Assembly: GCA_964187785.1 (NCBI GenBank)
Contig: OZ076419.1
Location: forward strand, 39,122,001 to 39,186,000
DNA from: Amphiscolops sp. MND2022
Taxonomy: Eukaryota
DNA: 64,000 bases
Reading direction: 5' to 3'
Positions within the stretch are counted from its first letter, which is position 1. Each line of letters opens with the position of its first letter. The translations under genes and the position numbers were made by a program. Shown in pieces: positions 50,901 through 64,000 of this stretch. The notes under the pieces were generated by a model. That model saw only the letters and a list, made by a program, of their open reading frames with translations, was not told the origin of the DNA and did no database searches.

Positions 50901-52705
50901 TGAAAAAAGCCTTCGACAAGTAGTTTTTAGTTTCTTTTACGACACTATGAGATTTTTGCCCTAGGAAAAAGTTTTTTTTTCGAATTTTTTAAAGTCTGTT
51001 TTTCGATGTTTCGTTTTGGGGGAAAATGGTCTCCGAGCCTCATGCGTATCCCATCAGGTGTTTTTCGGCGTCTTAAGTTTGATAAATTTTCACGATAGTG
51101 TCCCTCCGCATATTTAGGAAAACCTAACTGGGAGTTATAATCTTCCACGGATTATCCTCCTTTAATTCTTTCATACGTTTTAAATAAAATATTGTATAAC
51201 AGGAAAAAAATATGCGCGTGACGTTTTTTTTCCAAAATTATCCTATATCATCAAATTTCTATTAGAGAGTACTGTTGAGAGATAAAATTAGCCGTTGGTA
51301 GGGTTCGAAACCACAAGCCCTGATATCAATGATATCTAGAACCCAATTTATCAGAAAAACCAATTAGTTTCAGTTTGTATCGACCCGCATATACGTTATA
51401 TTCGAATTTTTTTAAACATTAAATCACAAAAAATTGTTAATATAGTTTAACACAGAAAACTTTTCAAAAGACGCCCGCTAAGCACGGGGATACTTTGGCT
51501 CCAGCCCGGGTTCGATTTCAACGAATTCCTGCCTGCCAGGCGGACGCGCTACCAACTGTAACTGCAAACAATGGCCACGGTGATTAAATAATGCCATTAC
51601 TAAACAGAGTAACAAAGTGGAGATTTGGCAGAATCCTTGAAAAAATTTTCCTGGTAGAGGGGCTCGAGCATAGCCAATAATCTTATCCAAACAAAAACGT
51701 TCGAAAACTTCAGACACTTTTTGACTTTTTTAGTTCATTTCAGGCGCTTTTTGCAAATAATATGCAGGTTTCCTAATCAAGGGGCAAGCTGAAAAGCCCA
51801 TTTTTTATTTTCTTGAGCGTCGAGGATATCAAAGCCAATAAGAACATTCAGACATTCTGCAAAACGCTCAATAAAAAATAAAACAAAGTTATGAAATGGT
51901 TTGTATTTTACGTATTTTTGGCACTGTTTGATTTTACGTGTTTTTCAAGTTCAGTTATCTCCACAAGTGCTAATGCTGCAGACTCTTAAATATAAAACGA
52001 CCATAAAATATATCAAAAATCCTATATACTGAAATGGAAATTTGAAATATTGGCATTGGTCAGATTGGAACACACAATATGCATTCTAGAACGTTCGCGA
52101 GATAACCACACACTCAATTGTGAGTGATTTCGGCTATTGTCTGGGTTCAAAATCAAAACCACTTGCTGAAAAACGGGATACTGTAATCACTGGACCAATC
52201 GGCCTCCATTAGAAAACTCCGCCACAATTAGCCAGTAAAATCCAATCCATCTTAAAAGGCCGGAAAGTATCCAAAAGTGAGCCCCATTATGAATTGATTA
52301 CATTTTTCCCTAAGGAGAAGTAAAAAAACAGAGAAGGGACCCTTTGATAAAATGATATACTTTTTTGAAGAGAAAATGGTATGTATTTTCGAAAGCCATC
52401 AATTAAAAGCTGTCAGAACGTTTCCTCGAGCGGTTAGAACTGTTTTCTAATCGTTAATTCAAATCTCTGAGCTGTAACTTTTATCAGTCATGTCATTATC
52501 TTGTTTACAGTATAAATATAGTTACTTATTATTAATAGCAACTTCAACTTTAACGAAATTTTGGTAATATTTCTTATATCATGATTTCAGGTCATGACAC
52601 TACCTGCAATTCAGAAGAAAGTTTACTGCATGATTATAATGAGTTTTGAGAAGCACGATGAGTAAATGTTGCATGAGCATGTTTGAGTTTTGTATATATT
52701 TCAGA

Positions 52706-53709
52706 TAAAATGATGAAACAACAGATGTCCACGAGAACTGGCGAGCTGCAGCAGACGGCTGATGTCGTTGTGGAGGAGCTGCTGGGCTGGCTGGGAGAGG
52801 GTTCCAAGGGTCTACCAGTGGGGGAAAGTGGGCTGCTGAGTTTGACCCGAACTCACTGGAAGTTCAGATCTTCCGGGAGCCTTGATACACTATGCCAGCA
52901 CCAGTATTCAAGTAAGCTGAATGTGAGGCGAAGATACGGGCATTGAAAAAGGGTTCATCAGTGGTTGATTCCATTTAGGAAGTAGCAGAACGAGCCTCAG
53001 TTGTGGAGGAGTTTGGTCCAGAGCTGGTGACGAATGAGGTGCCTTATTTCGATCCAGTGTTCCCTTCCTCCGTAGTGGCAGAGGGGCTCTATCCGGCGGG
53101 CCGGACTGGACAACCGAGCAGCAATATCCGTCACTTTGGAGCCCATCATTTTGTGGAGAAGCGGCTGTTGCTGGACCTCAGTCTACTGGCCATCAGTGGA
53201 CGTGGAATGCGGGGATTCCATGTGGACGAGGATCCAGCTCGAGCGTATCCGACTGTGGCGGTGCTGTTGAAAGGGTGGAAGGTCTGGTTCGTCAGTAGAC
53301 AGTCCCAGACTGCAGTGCTATACCTCGTGAGGAGGGGCTGGACCATCCAAGAACTTGTTGATCATGTGAAGGTATTATACAGTGTAAAAAAAGTCATCAC
53401 TAGAGGATCGTGGATGTGGATCAGCATGGAGAACTATTTCAGGATAACGTAGGTGAATTCCAGGTGGTCATCCAGAACAGGGGCGACACCATTTTTCTGC
53501 CAGCTATACTCGCCGACGCAGTTAGTAGTGTAAATGTTGGTGGGTCGAACCTGTTGTCTTCCTGGATCAACGTGGAGGTGAGGCCAGCCAACAGGACTGA
53601 ACAACTGTCGTGGGTGCTGCCCACTGGAAGCAGGGAAGCCAGTAACCCTGTCCCACGGCAAAAGTGCAAGCGGAAACGAAAGTTCACGCGCCAGCTCAAG
53701 AAGAATTGA
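52706..53709 (+). pseudogene. Second, divergent JmjC-domain gene, frameshifted
   Basis: RGFHVDEDPARAYPTVAVLLKGWKVWFV (HxD at ~53218) and, in another frame, VVIQNRGDTIFLPAILADAVSSVN (the H-A-V position reads D-A-V); splice acceptor tttcag at 52705. Confidence 0.7.
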
Positions 53710-54626
53710 GTTAGTCCAGTGTACAATCAGAAGTGTACAAACCAAAAAAAATGAAAAGAAAAAAGCGAAAATATGAATTGTTGCGTCATAATTGGGGGTG
53801 GAGATATATACATTTTCATATTTCGTGGGTGGATTGCGTCAGAGGGTAGTCCATATAGTCAGCTTTTTTGGGTGAAAATATGAGCATCCAGAAACGCTCT
53901 GAGGCCGAGAGCGAGTAATTTTTGTGATTTTTTTCACTTTTGGGCGAAAATGCTAAAAAATTCTTAGAATAATTTCAGAGGAATTTTTTTCCGGATCGGA
54001 TTAAAGGGTCTCCTGACACGGGGAATGGTATATAGTTTCCGAATTACATAGGTTTATGGGGGTGGAAATGAAAATATAAATCAGGATTTTGGCGTAACTG
54101 AAATTTCAGGGGTGGTAAAAGGGCTAGGAGGAGGAGGCCGAAAGTGCCTGAAAAGCAATTTTATTTTTGTTTAGGGGATCAAGCGGATAGTCTCAAGACA
54201 CAAGGGAGGTTATTCTTTAGTGGTTCGTAATGAGCAAGAGCGTTCAAATGTTTTCGTCTTTGCGGGATTTTGGCGGAACTCAGATTTGCAATAAAATAGT
54301 GTTGAAGTACAAACTTTGAAAACTTTTACTGAAATGAAACGTTACTAGGGTGAAAATGGAAGATCTCATGACCTGAGCCATACTGCTGGGCTTACAGGGA
54401 TTTTAATTTGGTCGCGGAAAACTTCGTCATTTTTTGGGATTTTGGTTTTTCGTCAGCACTGAATTGTTTAATTGGAAACTTTGGCCATGTTAGCTCCATT
54501 TTGTGGATCTAATTTTGTTCCATTTATCGCGTTCGCGTTTTGTGCTACCGCTGCACCGTCATTACGTTCTGTGCAAAATCTGAGCAGGGTATTCAATTAT
54601 TTCAGGAAGAAATTGTTGATCAAAAG

Positions 54627-54953
54627 ATGAAGTCGTTCTTTGTAACTGCACTAGTTGTGTTGTGTGTGGCAATCACTTGTACAAGAAGCTGCCACGAGAT
54701 GACCAAACAAAACAAGAGGGAAAAGGTGCTTGCAATTGAATGTTGCCAAGATAAGGCTCTCCTGAAGGAGAACGGAAAAATTACAGCGGATATGACGCTA
54801 AAAGAAGCAGGTTGTGCAGATATTAAAAAGCCGCAAAAAGATGAAAAGCAGCCTATGAGAGACTGGCAGATCATGATTTCTTTTTTGCTTGTCGCTATTT
54901 TCGTCGGGATCGTGGCACTCATTGTGAGAGCTTTGCTACGCTTGTTCGAGTGA
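54627..54953 (+). CDS. Small single-pass membrane protein (108 aa; signal peptide, 4 Cys, C-terminal TM)
   Basis: Intact ORF MKSFFVTALVVLCVAITCTRS...IMISFLLVAIFVGIVALIVRALLRLFE. Confidence 0.55.
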   Translation: MKSFFVTALVVLCVAITCTRSCHEMTKQNKREKVLAIECCQDKALLKENGKITADMTLKEAGCADIKKPQKDEKQPMRDWQIMISFLLVAIFVGIVALIVRALLRLFE

Positions 54954-55123
54954 AACAAATGAGCTTCAGACAACAAATGGAAATCGGGACAGTTTGAAAA
55001 GTTTTTTCATTTGTTTTCGCTAGATACTGTTGTTAGCCAGTTGTTTTACCCTGTAGTTTGTATTTTAAACTAGTGTACCGATGATGTAGCGATTTCATTT
55101 GTTTGAAGCTCGGTCTTTTTCTT

Positions 55124-57519
55124 TTACTGAACTTTTTTCTTATTTAAGCCACAAAAAGTGGTCAAAAGGCGATCACTATTTTCTGGAATAGCGGTTACCT
55201 TATTATTTTCGAATGGAACTGACGGAAGGGTGTTAAAAGGTTGACCTACCTTTTCTGAAACAAACAAAAACGTTTTTATATGCAAGGGGTGGTTTGGGTG
55301 TAAGCGGAGATACTCAAAATCTTCAGGAGTAACTGCTGTTACCGGGAAAGTTTTGATTTCGCGGCCAAAGTGCGTCAACCGAAATGGGAAACGACGGTGT
55401 ATTCTCTGATATTTTGACAGAAGGTAGGAAATGAGAAAATGTATAGCAAACGAAAAAATGAGTGAAACCAGCGCGCACGTTAAGTATGTTCTCCATCCAA
55501 CTGTTGCATCCAGTCTGGAAGAGAGTTGCGGGTGAAAAGTTGCCATGCGGCTGAATATTGGGCCAGCAATGTCGTCTAGTTCTTCTAGATCACGTCGTTT
55601 GAAATCAGGCAGTTGTGCCAATTCAACTTGTACTTGTTCCAATAGTTCCACTTTTGCAGTTTCCTCACTAATATTTCAAGGGAGATCATTCAAAGGCGGC
55701 AATTTTGAAAACAAATAACTCAAAGGTGCTGGTAATTTAACGTCGATAACCTGAGGAGATTTTGAGGCACAGGTTGCCAAATCAGAACGGAGATCAATAT
55801 TCGGGATTTGCAGTTCACTACCACAGGGTAATGTAATTATGCAAACACAGCAACCTTTTTTGCGAGTGGTAGTAACTTCGCTTGTAGTTTGATTCTGATC
55901 AGTTTGAGTTAGAAGGTAATTATGAGTTGCACTGGTGATGAGCCAATTGCCATCACCAACGTTTTTCGCTTTTTCACGCATAGGTAAATGAATGTAATTC
56001 ACAGTGCAAGACTGTGAAGCTGCCAAGGATTCTTTGAAAAACAATACCGATAGGCAAGAATCCTTTGATGTTTCCATTGCGAAGCCTGAGTAGCAAATCG
56101 AAAAGGCCGTGGAACCGATGCATTAGTTGAGGTCATGTGCTGTTAGTAGCGCTGATTCATGGCCGGTTAAAGTAACTGCCAGATAGTCCGTTTCGATGTC
56201 TCCAACTGAGGCTTTGGGGGTGTTAGGATCAGGCATCGAAACTTGTACTGCGTGGTACCCTCTTAGGACTGTTGCCTGTGACGAAAATGTGATCTCCATC
56301 GTGAAAATGAGGCCGAAATCCAAAGACACTACTTGCCGTAATAGTTTCGTTTCGTAGTAGGTCATGCAACTGGTCATTGGAATTGCGAGGTTGAGGCGAG
56401 AGCCTTGTTAATTTTCGTTGAGAACAACTTCTAGAAGAATGCTGTGAAGTGTTGATTTTGGAATGACAGAAAGTTGCAGGAAACCATTGACTATCGGGGC
56501 AAAAGCATTGAGAAGATTAGTGCGAAAGGTATAGAGAGAGCTGCGAAAAATTTTCAACGTTGAATAAAGTCAAGATAGTATGGAATTCAAAACTGCGACG
56601 TTGTGATTCAATTCTTCGCGAATGAACATTTCTTGATAGCAACTTCGCATCAAATTGATGCTTTGTTAGAAGATTTCAAAATGAGCGGTCATTTGTCGAG
56701 CATTTTGGCTGGCGGCTATTTGTCCTGGATGCGATGGAGTTCTTGTAACTCATGACCCACCGCATAAAATTTCTCATTGGTGAGATTTTCAACACGAATC
56801 CACTCTGTTTGTAGTTTATTCGTGTAATCAATGGCAGAATTTATTGCTTTACGGTTTTCCTTCGGAATTTTGTCACAACCGCCAAAAGTACCATTCAAAA
56901 AACAAGAAGAACCAAGGCCGATGCCTGCAGCGGCAGAGCCAATCAAACCTGCTGTAATGATGGGCAGTCCCCGTTTGGAGCGAGACCTGTCGGCTGGTTT
57001 CATTGCGGGAAAGAGTGCGGCGAGCTCTGTTTTTATTCTAAGTAAATCAGAACGAGCACGCCTATGTTCATCGCGAGTTTCTTCGTAAATCCAACGATTT
57101 GTAGAGTTGGATTTTGTGATGTTAGAATATTTCAAGTTACAGCCAAAGTTAGGATAGTGCCAGAGTTCTTGCAGTTTTGCGGCAATATCGGTGAGATATT
57201 GAGAAATTGAGTCGTCAAAGCGCGGAAAAGGCAAAACAAACTGAATGTTAACGAATTTTTCCGCTAGCAAAGTTGTTTGTTGATAGTTGAATAGAATTCT
57301 TCAGTCGGATTAGCACTTGGAATAGCTTGGAGGCTATAATGGCAGAAAACGACAAAAAGTGTTTGACGGAATAGCATGTTGACTAGTGTGTTCAACTTTA
57401 GCAGGCTGAATGAGATGTTCAAGATGTCAAGAAAAGTTCGAATTGTCAGTGAATCATGTAAGCGATTGATGTAATAAATTCGACAAGTAATTAATTACAA
57501 TGCTAAACAGAAATCTCAT
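55124..57519 (-). pseudogene. env: env-like class I fusion glycoprotein of the Gypsy element, frameshifted
   Basis: Furin site RSKR (56971-56982) followed by the hydrophobic GLPIITAGLIGSAAAGIGLG fusion peptide, a heptad-like helix, a Cys-rich ectodomain (GCCVCIITLPCG) and TM TYLTCALVSLIFSFAIHFLISYLL. Confidence 0.85.
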
Positions 57520-58512
57520 GTTTTTAGAATCTGCTTGCCCGAAAGGGTAATGAGATTAGGAAATGCCACGATTACGTTAGGACAAAGAAAAGGAATTGAG
57601 ACCGGATCTTTGCCACCAATTAGAGATTAAGATGGTGATTTAGAATAATGAATGACCTGGAGGTGACAGGAAGCGATTAAGCATGTCAAAAAGGTAATTA
57701 GCTAATTGAACTTTGGGCGAGGAATGCGTGAAGCAAATGATCGAGAGGTCATTGTGGACATGGTCGTGGTAGCAGTGTTCGAATTAATACCACTTACTGA
57801 ATGATGGGGGGATGCATTGTCATACTTCGCAAGTTCAGCTGAAGACCCAGTAATTGAACCATGGAAAAAAGTACGTCCTCTTTGGATGGAGGATCGCTGT
57901 TGTCTGCGAGAACGCTAAAGGTTTCCTAAAATCGTGCAAAGTGTAGGCGGAGGTTCCTGGGGATTTTGAACTTGTGAACACAAAGATGACGCAACAGAAA
58001 AACTATGCAGAACAATATAGTCTGCCACAGCAAAACTTGAAGGCTGTGTGTCAGTGTGAGTTGTGAAAAAGTCAGGTGTTTGATATTTTAAAATGAGTTC
58101 TCAGCGAGAATATCCAATTCTCGTTCAGTGAACACTTCGAAACTTTCAACTGATGAGTCCGTAGTTAAAGGCTCATTGTTTCTCGAAGTAGTTTGGATTC
58201 TAGTTGTCGTTCGAAAGTCATTATCTACAGGGTTATGACTTGTAGAGCTGAAATTACTACACGAGGGATAAAATCCCATGTTATCACTGGCGAAAAGATC
58301 AAAACCATGGTTCTGATTTTGAGAGCCAGCGCTTTGACCTTGTCCTGAGACGTTTATTGGAGATGAAAGTCTAAAAGGATTGTTGAGACTCAGTGAAAAA
58401 TCACTGTTTTCGGAAGATTCAGTTTGTGACAACACTAATTGGCTATGTAAATTATTCTCGTCGGTTGGAGCTTCCGCCTCAACGAGGGGAGCTTCGTCCG
58501 GTGGGGTAGGTG

Positions 58513-61500
58513 CTACTGGGGTTGCACGTTCTTGCACTTCTGGGGGTGCAAGGTTAGCTGGTGGAGCCATGGTGGTATTAGCGGCCTGGCTGCTGGAGCA
58601 GCACGGCAAGTGAGACAAAGAAATATATTGGGTGCGTCTTTGTCTCTGTTGTTCGTCGCACGTTGTTCCGAAAGTGGTCGGAGAATATCAGTTTTGTCGA
58701 AAAGACTTGGCTCAGCATAGTTTCGAGTCATTGGGTCAGGTGTGAATTGTTGCGGATCAACTTCCTCCAAATCTTTTACATCGAAGTTTGGCTCAATTGG
58801 TCCCAATCGAATTCTATGCACACATTCTGTGTGATTGGTGCCTACTTTGCGCACGATATACTTTGAATTCGTTAACACTTGCTCAACTCTGTACAATGGT
58901 AGCCATTTTTGCAAAGATTTTCCCATTTGATCAGTTGAATTGACCAGTTTTGGATTCAAAAGGAGACGAAAACTCAATTTTTTCAATGGATGAGCTGCCG
59001 CTTTTTGATCGTAATACTGCCTATACTGATACTAGGCACAAAGAGTTGAGTCTCGGACTTCTGTAAAACGCTCATTCAAGTCATCTTGGATTTGTGTTGT
59101 GAAATCATACATGGTTGTCATCTTCTTCATTTCTTTATTTCGAAAACACAGATCCAAGGCAGTTCGCGGTTGTCTGCCGTGGAAAAGGAGTGATGGCGTG
59201 CAACCAATCGTACGATGAAAGGGGGTTTTATGAACGAAAACAGCAGAATCAACATGTTTATGCCAGTTATTGGTCGCACTCTGATCATACAATTTCAAGT
59301 GGTTTTTCAAGCCAGAGTGGCTGAGTTCAATAACACCCATCGTTTGCGGATGCTTGAAAGTGGCAAAAACTAATTTTATTTCCAGAAGCTGGCACATTTC
59401 TTTCATGAGCTTTGTTGTAAAATTTGTTCCCAAATCTGACAAAATTGTTGTCGGCAAGTATGAGTGTTTCTTGAAAATTTCAGAAAGCGCTTTAGCCACT
59501 GTCTCCGCTGAAGCAGAGCGTAATGGAACAGCAAACATGTATTTACTGAACACGTCTATTGCCGTTAAAATGAATTTATATCCTCCTGACGTTGGTAGTT
59601 GACCAACCATATCGACTTGGAGAAGATCTCCGGGAAACGCTTGTTGTGTGGCTACTGACTGCAATGGTGGTTTCAAGGAAGCGTTGTTGGGTGGCTTCAC
59701 TTGGAGACAAGACGGGCAATTGCGTAGGTAATCTTCCAAAAAATCCAGAAAGTTTCAAAAATAGAACAATTGCCTTAATTTTTCTACTGTTTTCATTATT
59801 ACAAGATGACCAGCAAATTTGCTGTTATGCAGACGGAAAATCAATTTTTTGCGCAAATGGCTGGGAACAACAAACCGGCGTGTAAATTTTGGTCCCGTAT
59901 GGTGGAAAAATTTTCTGTACAGTACGCCATTTTGGATTCCTAGTCTCTCGACTTGTTTGCAGAGTTTTTGGAGTTCGATGTTCAAATAACTGAGGTCGTT
60001 AGGTCATTTTGTTTGTAGCCACTGCACTATTTTACGAATGTTCGGATCTTTTTGCTGTTCTTGTTTCAGGTTCAGCGGGTCAACTGAATTAGCCATTTCG
60101 AATGTATCCAATGGGTTCACAAATTCTAGTGCATTGATAGAAAACTGATCTTGGTTCAAAAGTTGATGAAAGTTTTGATCTTCACAGACAATGTTGAGGG
60201 AATTGTCTGGAGATTCTAGGGCCAACTTGAAATCAACTTCACACGCGGGAATTTTGGAGGCAACTTTCAATTCTAATTTGGTGTGCGGATTATTATGCAT
60301 TCTCGATAGATAGTCTGCTGCTAAGTTTGCTTTTCCAGGTATGTGTCTCAATATGAAATCGAAATTTAGGACATGGTCAACACAAGACCACAAGCTAGAC
60401 GGGATAGTTTTCGCCTGGACGAATCTTGTGAGACTTCTATTTGCAGTCAGTACAATGGTCGGTTTTGAACTTTCCCACAAAATGTGTGCGAATGAGTCGA
60501 ACGCAAAATGAACTGCCAAAAACTCTTTAGCATAAATTGACAGTTTCAAGTGAGTGGGGTTGAAAATTTTGGAGCCGAATGATACCGGTGCATACTTTTT
60601 GACTGTTTTTCCCGCCTGATCTTCCAAAAAATCCTCAATCAATAAAACAAAGCCCACTTTGTAAAAACTTGCATCAGCCTTAATTACATATTGTTTATCG
60701 GGCTGAGGCAATCGGAGGGCCGTGCCACATGATTTGGTCAAATCCGTTTTCATAGTTTCAAATGTATCATGATGCTCTTTTGTGAACTGGATTTCTTGAT
60801 TGTTGCGTAGAAGAGTGTAAAACGGTAATAACCTTTCGCTCAGTTTCGGTAAAAATGCTCTGAAGTATTGGAAAAAGCCGATTAAACGCCAAATTTGTTT
60901 CGGTGTTTTGGGCATTTTTAGACTTTTCAGATATTTCTTAACTTTTTCTCGATTATGGGACATTCCTTGGGTTGCGATGGAACTTCCCAAGAATTGTATT
61001 TCGGACAAACCAAATTCACACTTGTGAACGGTCAGTTTTATTCCCGATTTACGGATACACTCAAAAATACGTCGCAAATTGTCCAATAATTCTTCAAAAG
61101 TATGGGCTGCAGTACCCAATTCATCAACATATTGAAAGCATTTGTCTTCCGCTATGCAAGCGTCAAGGTACTTTCGCATGAAGGAACTAAAGGCGCTCAC
61201 AGACCTGCTCAGGTCTTGTGCTAGCCGAGTAAAAACAAAGGTTCTGGAGAAAAAGTCAAACGAAAGCAATTGTACTGATTGTGCTCCAAGCTTACTGCAA
61301 AATAAGCTTGGCTGCAGTCTAATTCCGCAAAAAGTTTTTTTCCTGCCAAATGGGCGCTGGCGTCTGCCAATCTTGTTATGGGAAAATTGTGTGAATCATG
61401 GTCAAGGTGGATAAGGTGATTCACGCGGCTAAGATCAATCAGAAGGCGCAGCGCACCTGAAGGTATTCTTTGAGCAAACAACGGACTCGAGTATTTGGAA

Positions 61501-62896
61501 TACAGCAAAGTTGTTATGACACCGTAATATTGCATCAGGGCCAATTCAACAATTAAATCCTCACGTAAAAGGATTGGAGTTGGAGGTCCCTGTGTATACA
61601 TCGGTTTTTCATGCTCAGGGGTTAGTTTTACAGTAAAATCAGTATTTCCTCCAATATCCAAGCGATGTCTCGAGAAAATATCATTGAATTCATTTAAAAG
61701 TTTTTCAACTTCACTTTTTTCCTTTTCCGATAGAACTGATTGATCCCATTTAAAATTGCTCAAAAATTTTGCTCGCGATTCTGGGTCCTTCAAAGGATCC
61801 AGCTTTTCCTTGTGTTTTAGCTGAGATGTTTCATCAAAAATGCGTTTGGCTATTCCTGTTAAAGCTTCGGGATTTTCACAGGTTTCCGGAGTTAGAAACC
61901 AGAAAGTGTCCGGAGATGGAAAAACCATCTCAGGGTAGCCTGAGGTGGCAATATGTTCGTTAATACTCTCATTGACGTGTTCGTTTATTAGTTCTAGACT
62001 AATCGGTTGCAAAAACTGGGCTTGCTGTGGTGATAAAAGAGAAACTTTCGCTATCAAAATTCATCTGGGAACTGTTATTACTGTGGATTGCACATTCAGA
62101 AACCCTATGGGAGTTTTACGTTCTGATCAAGGCAGCCTATGCTGTCAGTTAAGCATAGGCCTGTTTTGCGTTCGAAGTTTGGTAGCATTTCGACAATGGC
62201 ATTAGTACCAATCGGTAAATCATCAGAAGTTAGTTGACAGGAGGACACCTCCTGACAATTTGGACGAATAACGAGTTTTTCTGTTGTTTTCAGATAAAAC
62301 TTTTTCTTGGAGTAAGTTTTCTTGATATTACCGGTCGGTGACGATGTTTCATTAGGCTGTAAGGTCATATCAGGCAACGATAATGTTCTAGTTTTGGGAT
62401 GTAATGTGATATTGTTACGCTCAAATAAAGGGAGACCCAGAATGGGGCGGTTCATTCGAGGTAAAATCAGAAAAGATTCTGTAAAAATTTGTCCACCGAG
62501 AAAAAATGAGAGTTCCACTTTACCAAGTGTGGATACTATATTTCCGTTATCGTCTTTAACTTTAGTTTTTTCTGCAGACTTGGAAAGTATCGCGGTAGGA
62601 CTTTTCGATTCAATAAATGAAATAAAATGAGGGGTTATAGCACTGGAAAATGCAACGGTATCGACAAGTGCGGTTATTTTAGTGTCGTTAAAGGCTATGG
62701 GGACGCAGAAAAGGAAACAAGAAAAAGAAGAAGAAAAATAATTAGGAGAATGATACTGGTGTGGCTCACCTAGTTTTTTGGCTGCTGTTGATAGGGCAGC
62801 TGTGCTCCATTGTGGACTAGGCTTCGTGGGGCACTGTTGTGCTGTATGGCCAAAAGAATTGCAGTTCCGGCAATGGCGTTGATTGGAGTAGGTCAT
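58513..62896 (-). pseudogene. pol: Ty3/Gypsy pol (protease-RT-RNase H-integrase), frameshifted
   Basis: CRNCNSFGHTAQQC knuckle, ALVDTVAFSS protease, ELDCSQAYF and FQYVDEL RT, ADASF RNase H, HNSKFAGH..CPSC, LQVDMVG, SDLGTNF integrase. Confidence 0.93.
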
Positions 62897-63777
62897 AACT
62901 TCATTGGGGGTTGGGCCTCTGTAGTTGCCTCGGTTGCCTCGGTTGCCTCGCCAACCTCGATTGTTGCCTCGATAGCCTCGATTGTTTCCTCGATAGCTTC
63001 GATTGTTGCCATACCATCCTCTATTGTTCCCATGGGATGGCTGCTAAGTTTGCCAGGGGTAAAAATACCAGTGACGGGGAGGTCCTTGAGCGAGAGCTGC
63101 TATCTGCTTCGTCATGTTGTTCACGTGTTGTTGAAGAGTTGTCTGCGCTTTGTTTAAACTATTCAAAGCCGTGGCGACTGAATCCATTTGAGTAGACGAA
63201 ACCTCATTGAAAGCTGTATCTGGATCATTTTCTGGATACAGCCTATCCAAAACATTGCGCCTTGACACTTTTTCGCACAACTGACCAACTGGCATGTGTT
63301 GTGGTTGTGTCAAAAGATAGCGTTTGAGTTTGTTTGGTGGGCCATTAATAAACGCTTCTCGCACTCGACGCGTGCGTTCATTTGCGCGATTTTCTGCAGG
63401 GACTGCTGGTGGCCCTCCTGCAGCTGCCACTGCGGCCATGTCTGGAAAACTTTCGCCTGCAAGTCGTTGAAGTTCCGTCAGAAAATGACTCGCTGTTTCT
63501 TCCTCTGGTTTGAATTTGCGTGAATGAAAAACAATTCTTTTCAGCTCTTGTCTCTGTGGGTTAACGTATCTTAATCATGGCGAGTTGCTGCTGGCATTTG
63601 GTCAAAATAGGCAAGAGCTCCGCGTTTGAGATGAAGGTGTAAATAGAGATGCTGATCTGCATCAGCAATGCCAGCAACTCCAATTGAGCTGGTTAATTGT
63701 CGCTCGAACTCATCGAAATTCTCAGTTTCTAGACCCTTAAAGGGTTGAATGTTCACAATCGGTTGAATATGTGCCAT
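62897..63777 (-). pseudogene. gag: gag of the env-bearing Gypsy element
   Basis: MAHIQPIVNIQPFKGLETENFDEFERQL..LHLKRGALAYFDQ; RG/RGN-encoding 9-nt repeats (gttgcctcg) at 62925-63010, just before the zinc knuckle. Confidence 0.8.
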
Positions 63778-64000
63778 TTGTGGAGAGTGGCTATTTTATG
63801 TTTATTTCAGATTGCAGGTATGAGGAGAGATTTGCAGTTTCAAAACTATCGAAATTTTTATCCAATCGACTCCAGAAAAGTCTTAGGACTCGAAGAATGC
63901 TGTCATGGAGACTGTGTGAAATTTTCAGGTTTGTAGCTACAATAGTCTTGTCAGGATTTTGGTTTTCCCGACCCAAGATGCGAATTTTGAGAATTATCAA

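Larger units (their letters stand above)
55124..64000 (-). mobile_element. env-bearing Ty3/Gypsy (errantivirus-like) endogenous retroelement; 5' LTR outside window
   Basis: gag-pol-env order on the minus strand; pol motifs closely parallel those of the element at 1-3495 (TFWFLTPETCEN vs TFWFPTPENPGN; DIFSRHRLDIG vs DIFARHRFDIG). Confidence 0.9.

Noticed and set aside
44800-52600. Short ORFs (60-130 aa) as real genes
   Set aside because: No recognisable domains or consistent splice structure; AT-rich, probably old TE debris (e.g. a weak YVYxDPHHL remnant near 48770)
58088-58618. 176-aa Pro/Ser-rich ORF as a separate accessory gene
   Set aside because: Low-complexity continuation of the integrase C-terminus after a frameshift

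Overview
AT-rich eukaryotic (probably invertebrate animal) DNA made almost entirely of nested, decayed transposable elements, with a 200-N gap at 10886-11085. It holds three Ty3/Gypsy LTR retroelements: 1-3495 (+), followed by an antisense BED/hAT-like ORF; about 36040-43150 (+), interrupted by a MITE and a 1.45-kb repeat; and 55124-64000 (-), with a class I fusion-type env. The standout is an 18,234-bp DNA transposon (14982-33215). It is bounded by a perfect 22-bp terminal inverted repeat, and its flanks rejoin into one intact unit of a local repeat. It encodes a RAG1/Transib/Chapaev-like DDE transposase plus a chromatin toolkit as spliced cargo genes: a C2HC-zinc-finger/JmjC (KDM2/KDM7-like) demethylase, a SETD8/PR-Set7-like SET methyltransferase behind a possible tyrosine-recombinase-like region, and a Tudor-like protein. 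Co-oriented ~165-bp repeats and a recurring TTGGT(T/A)CCAATC motif run through it. This copy carries frameshifts or stops in every gene. A second, divergent JmjC pseudogene and a small intact membrane-protein ORF lie downstream of the env-bearing retroelement. All family assignments come from motifs recognised by eye; no database search was run.
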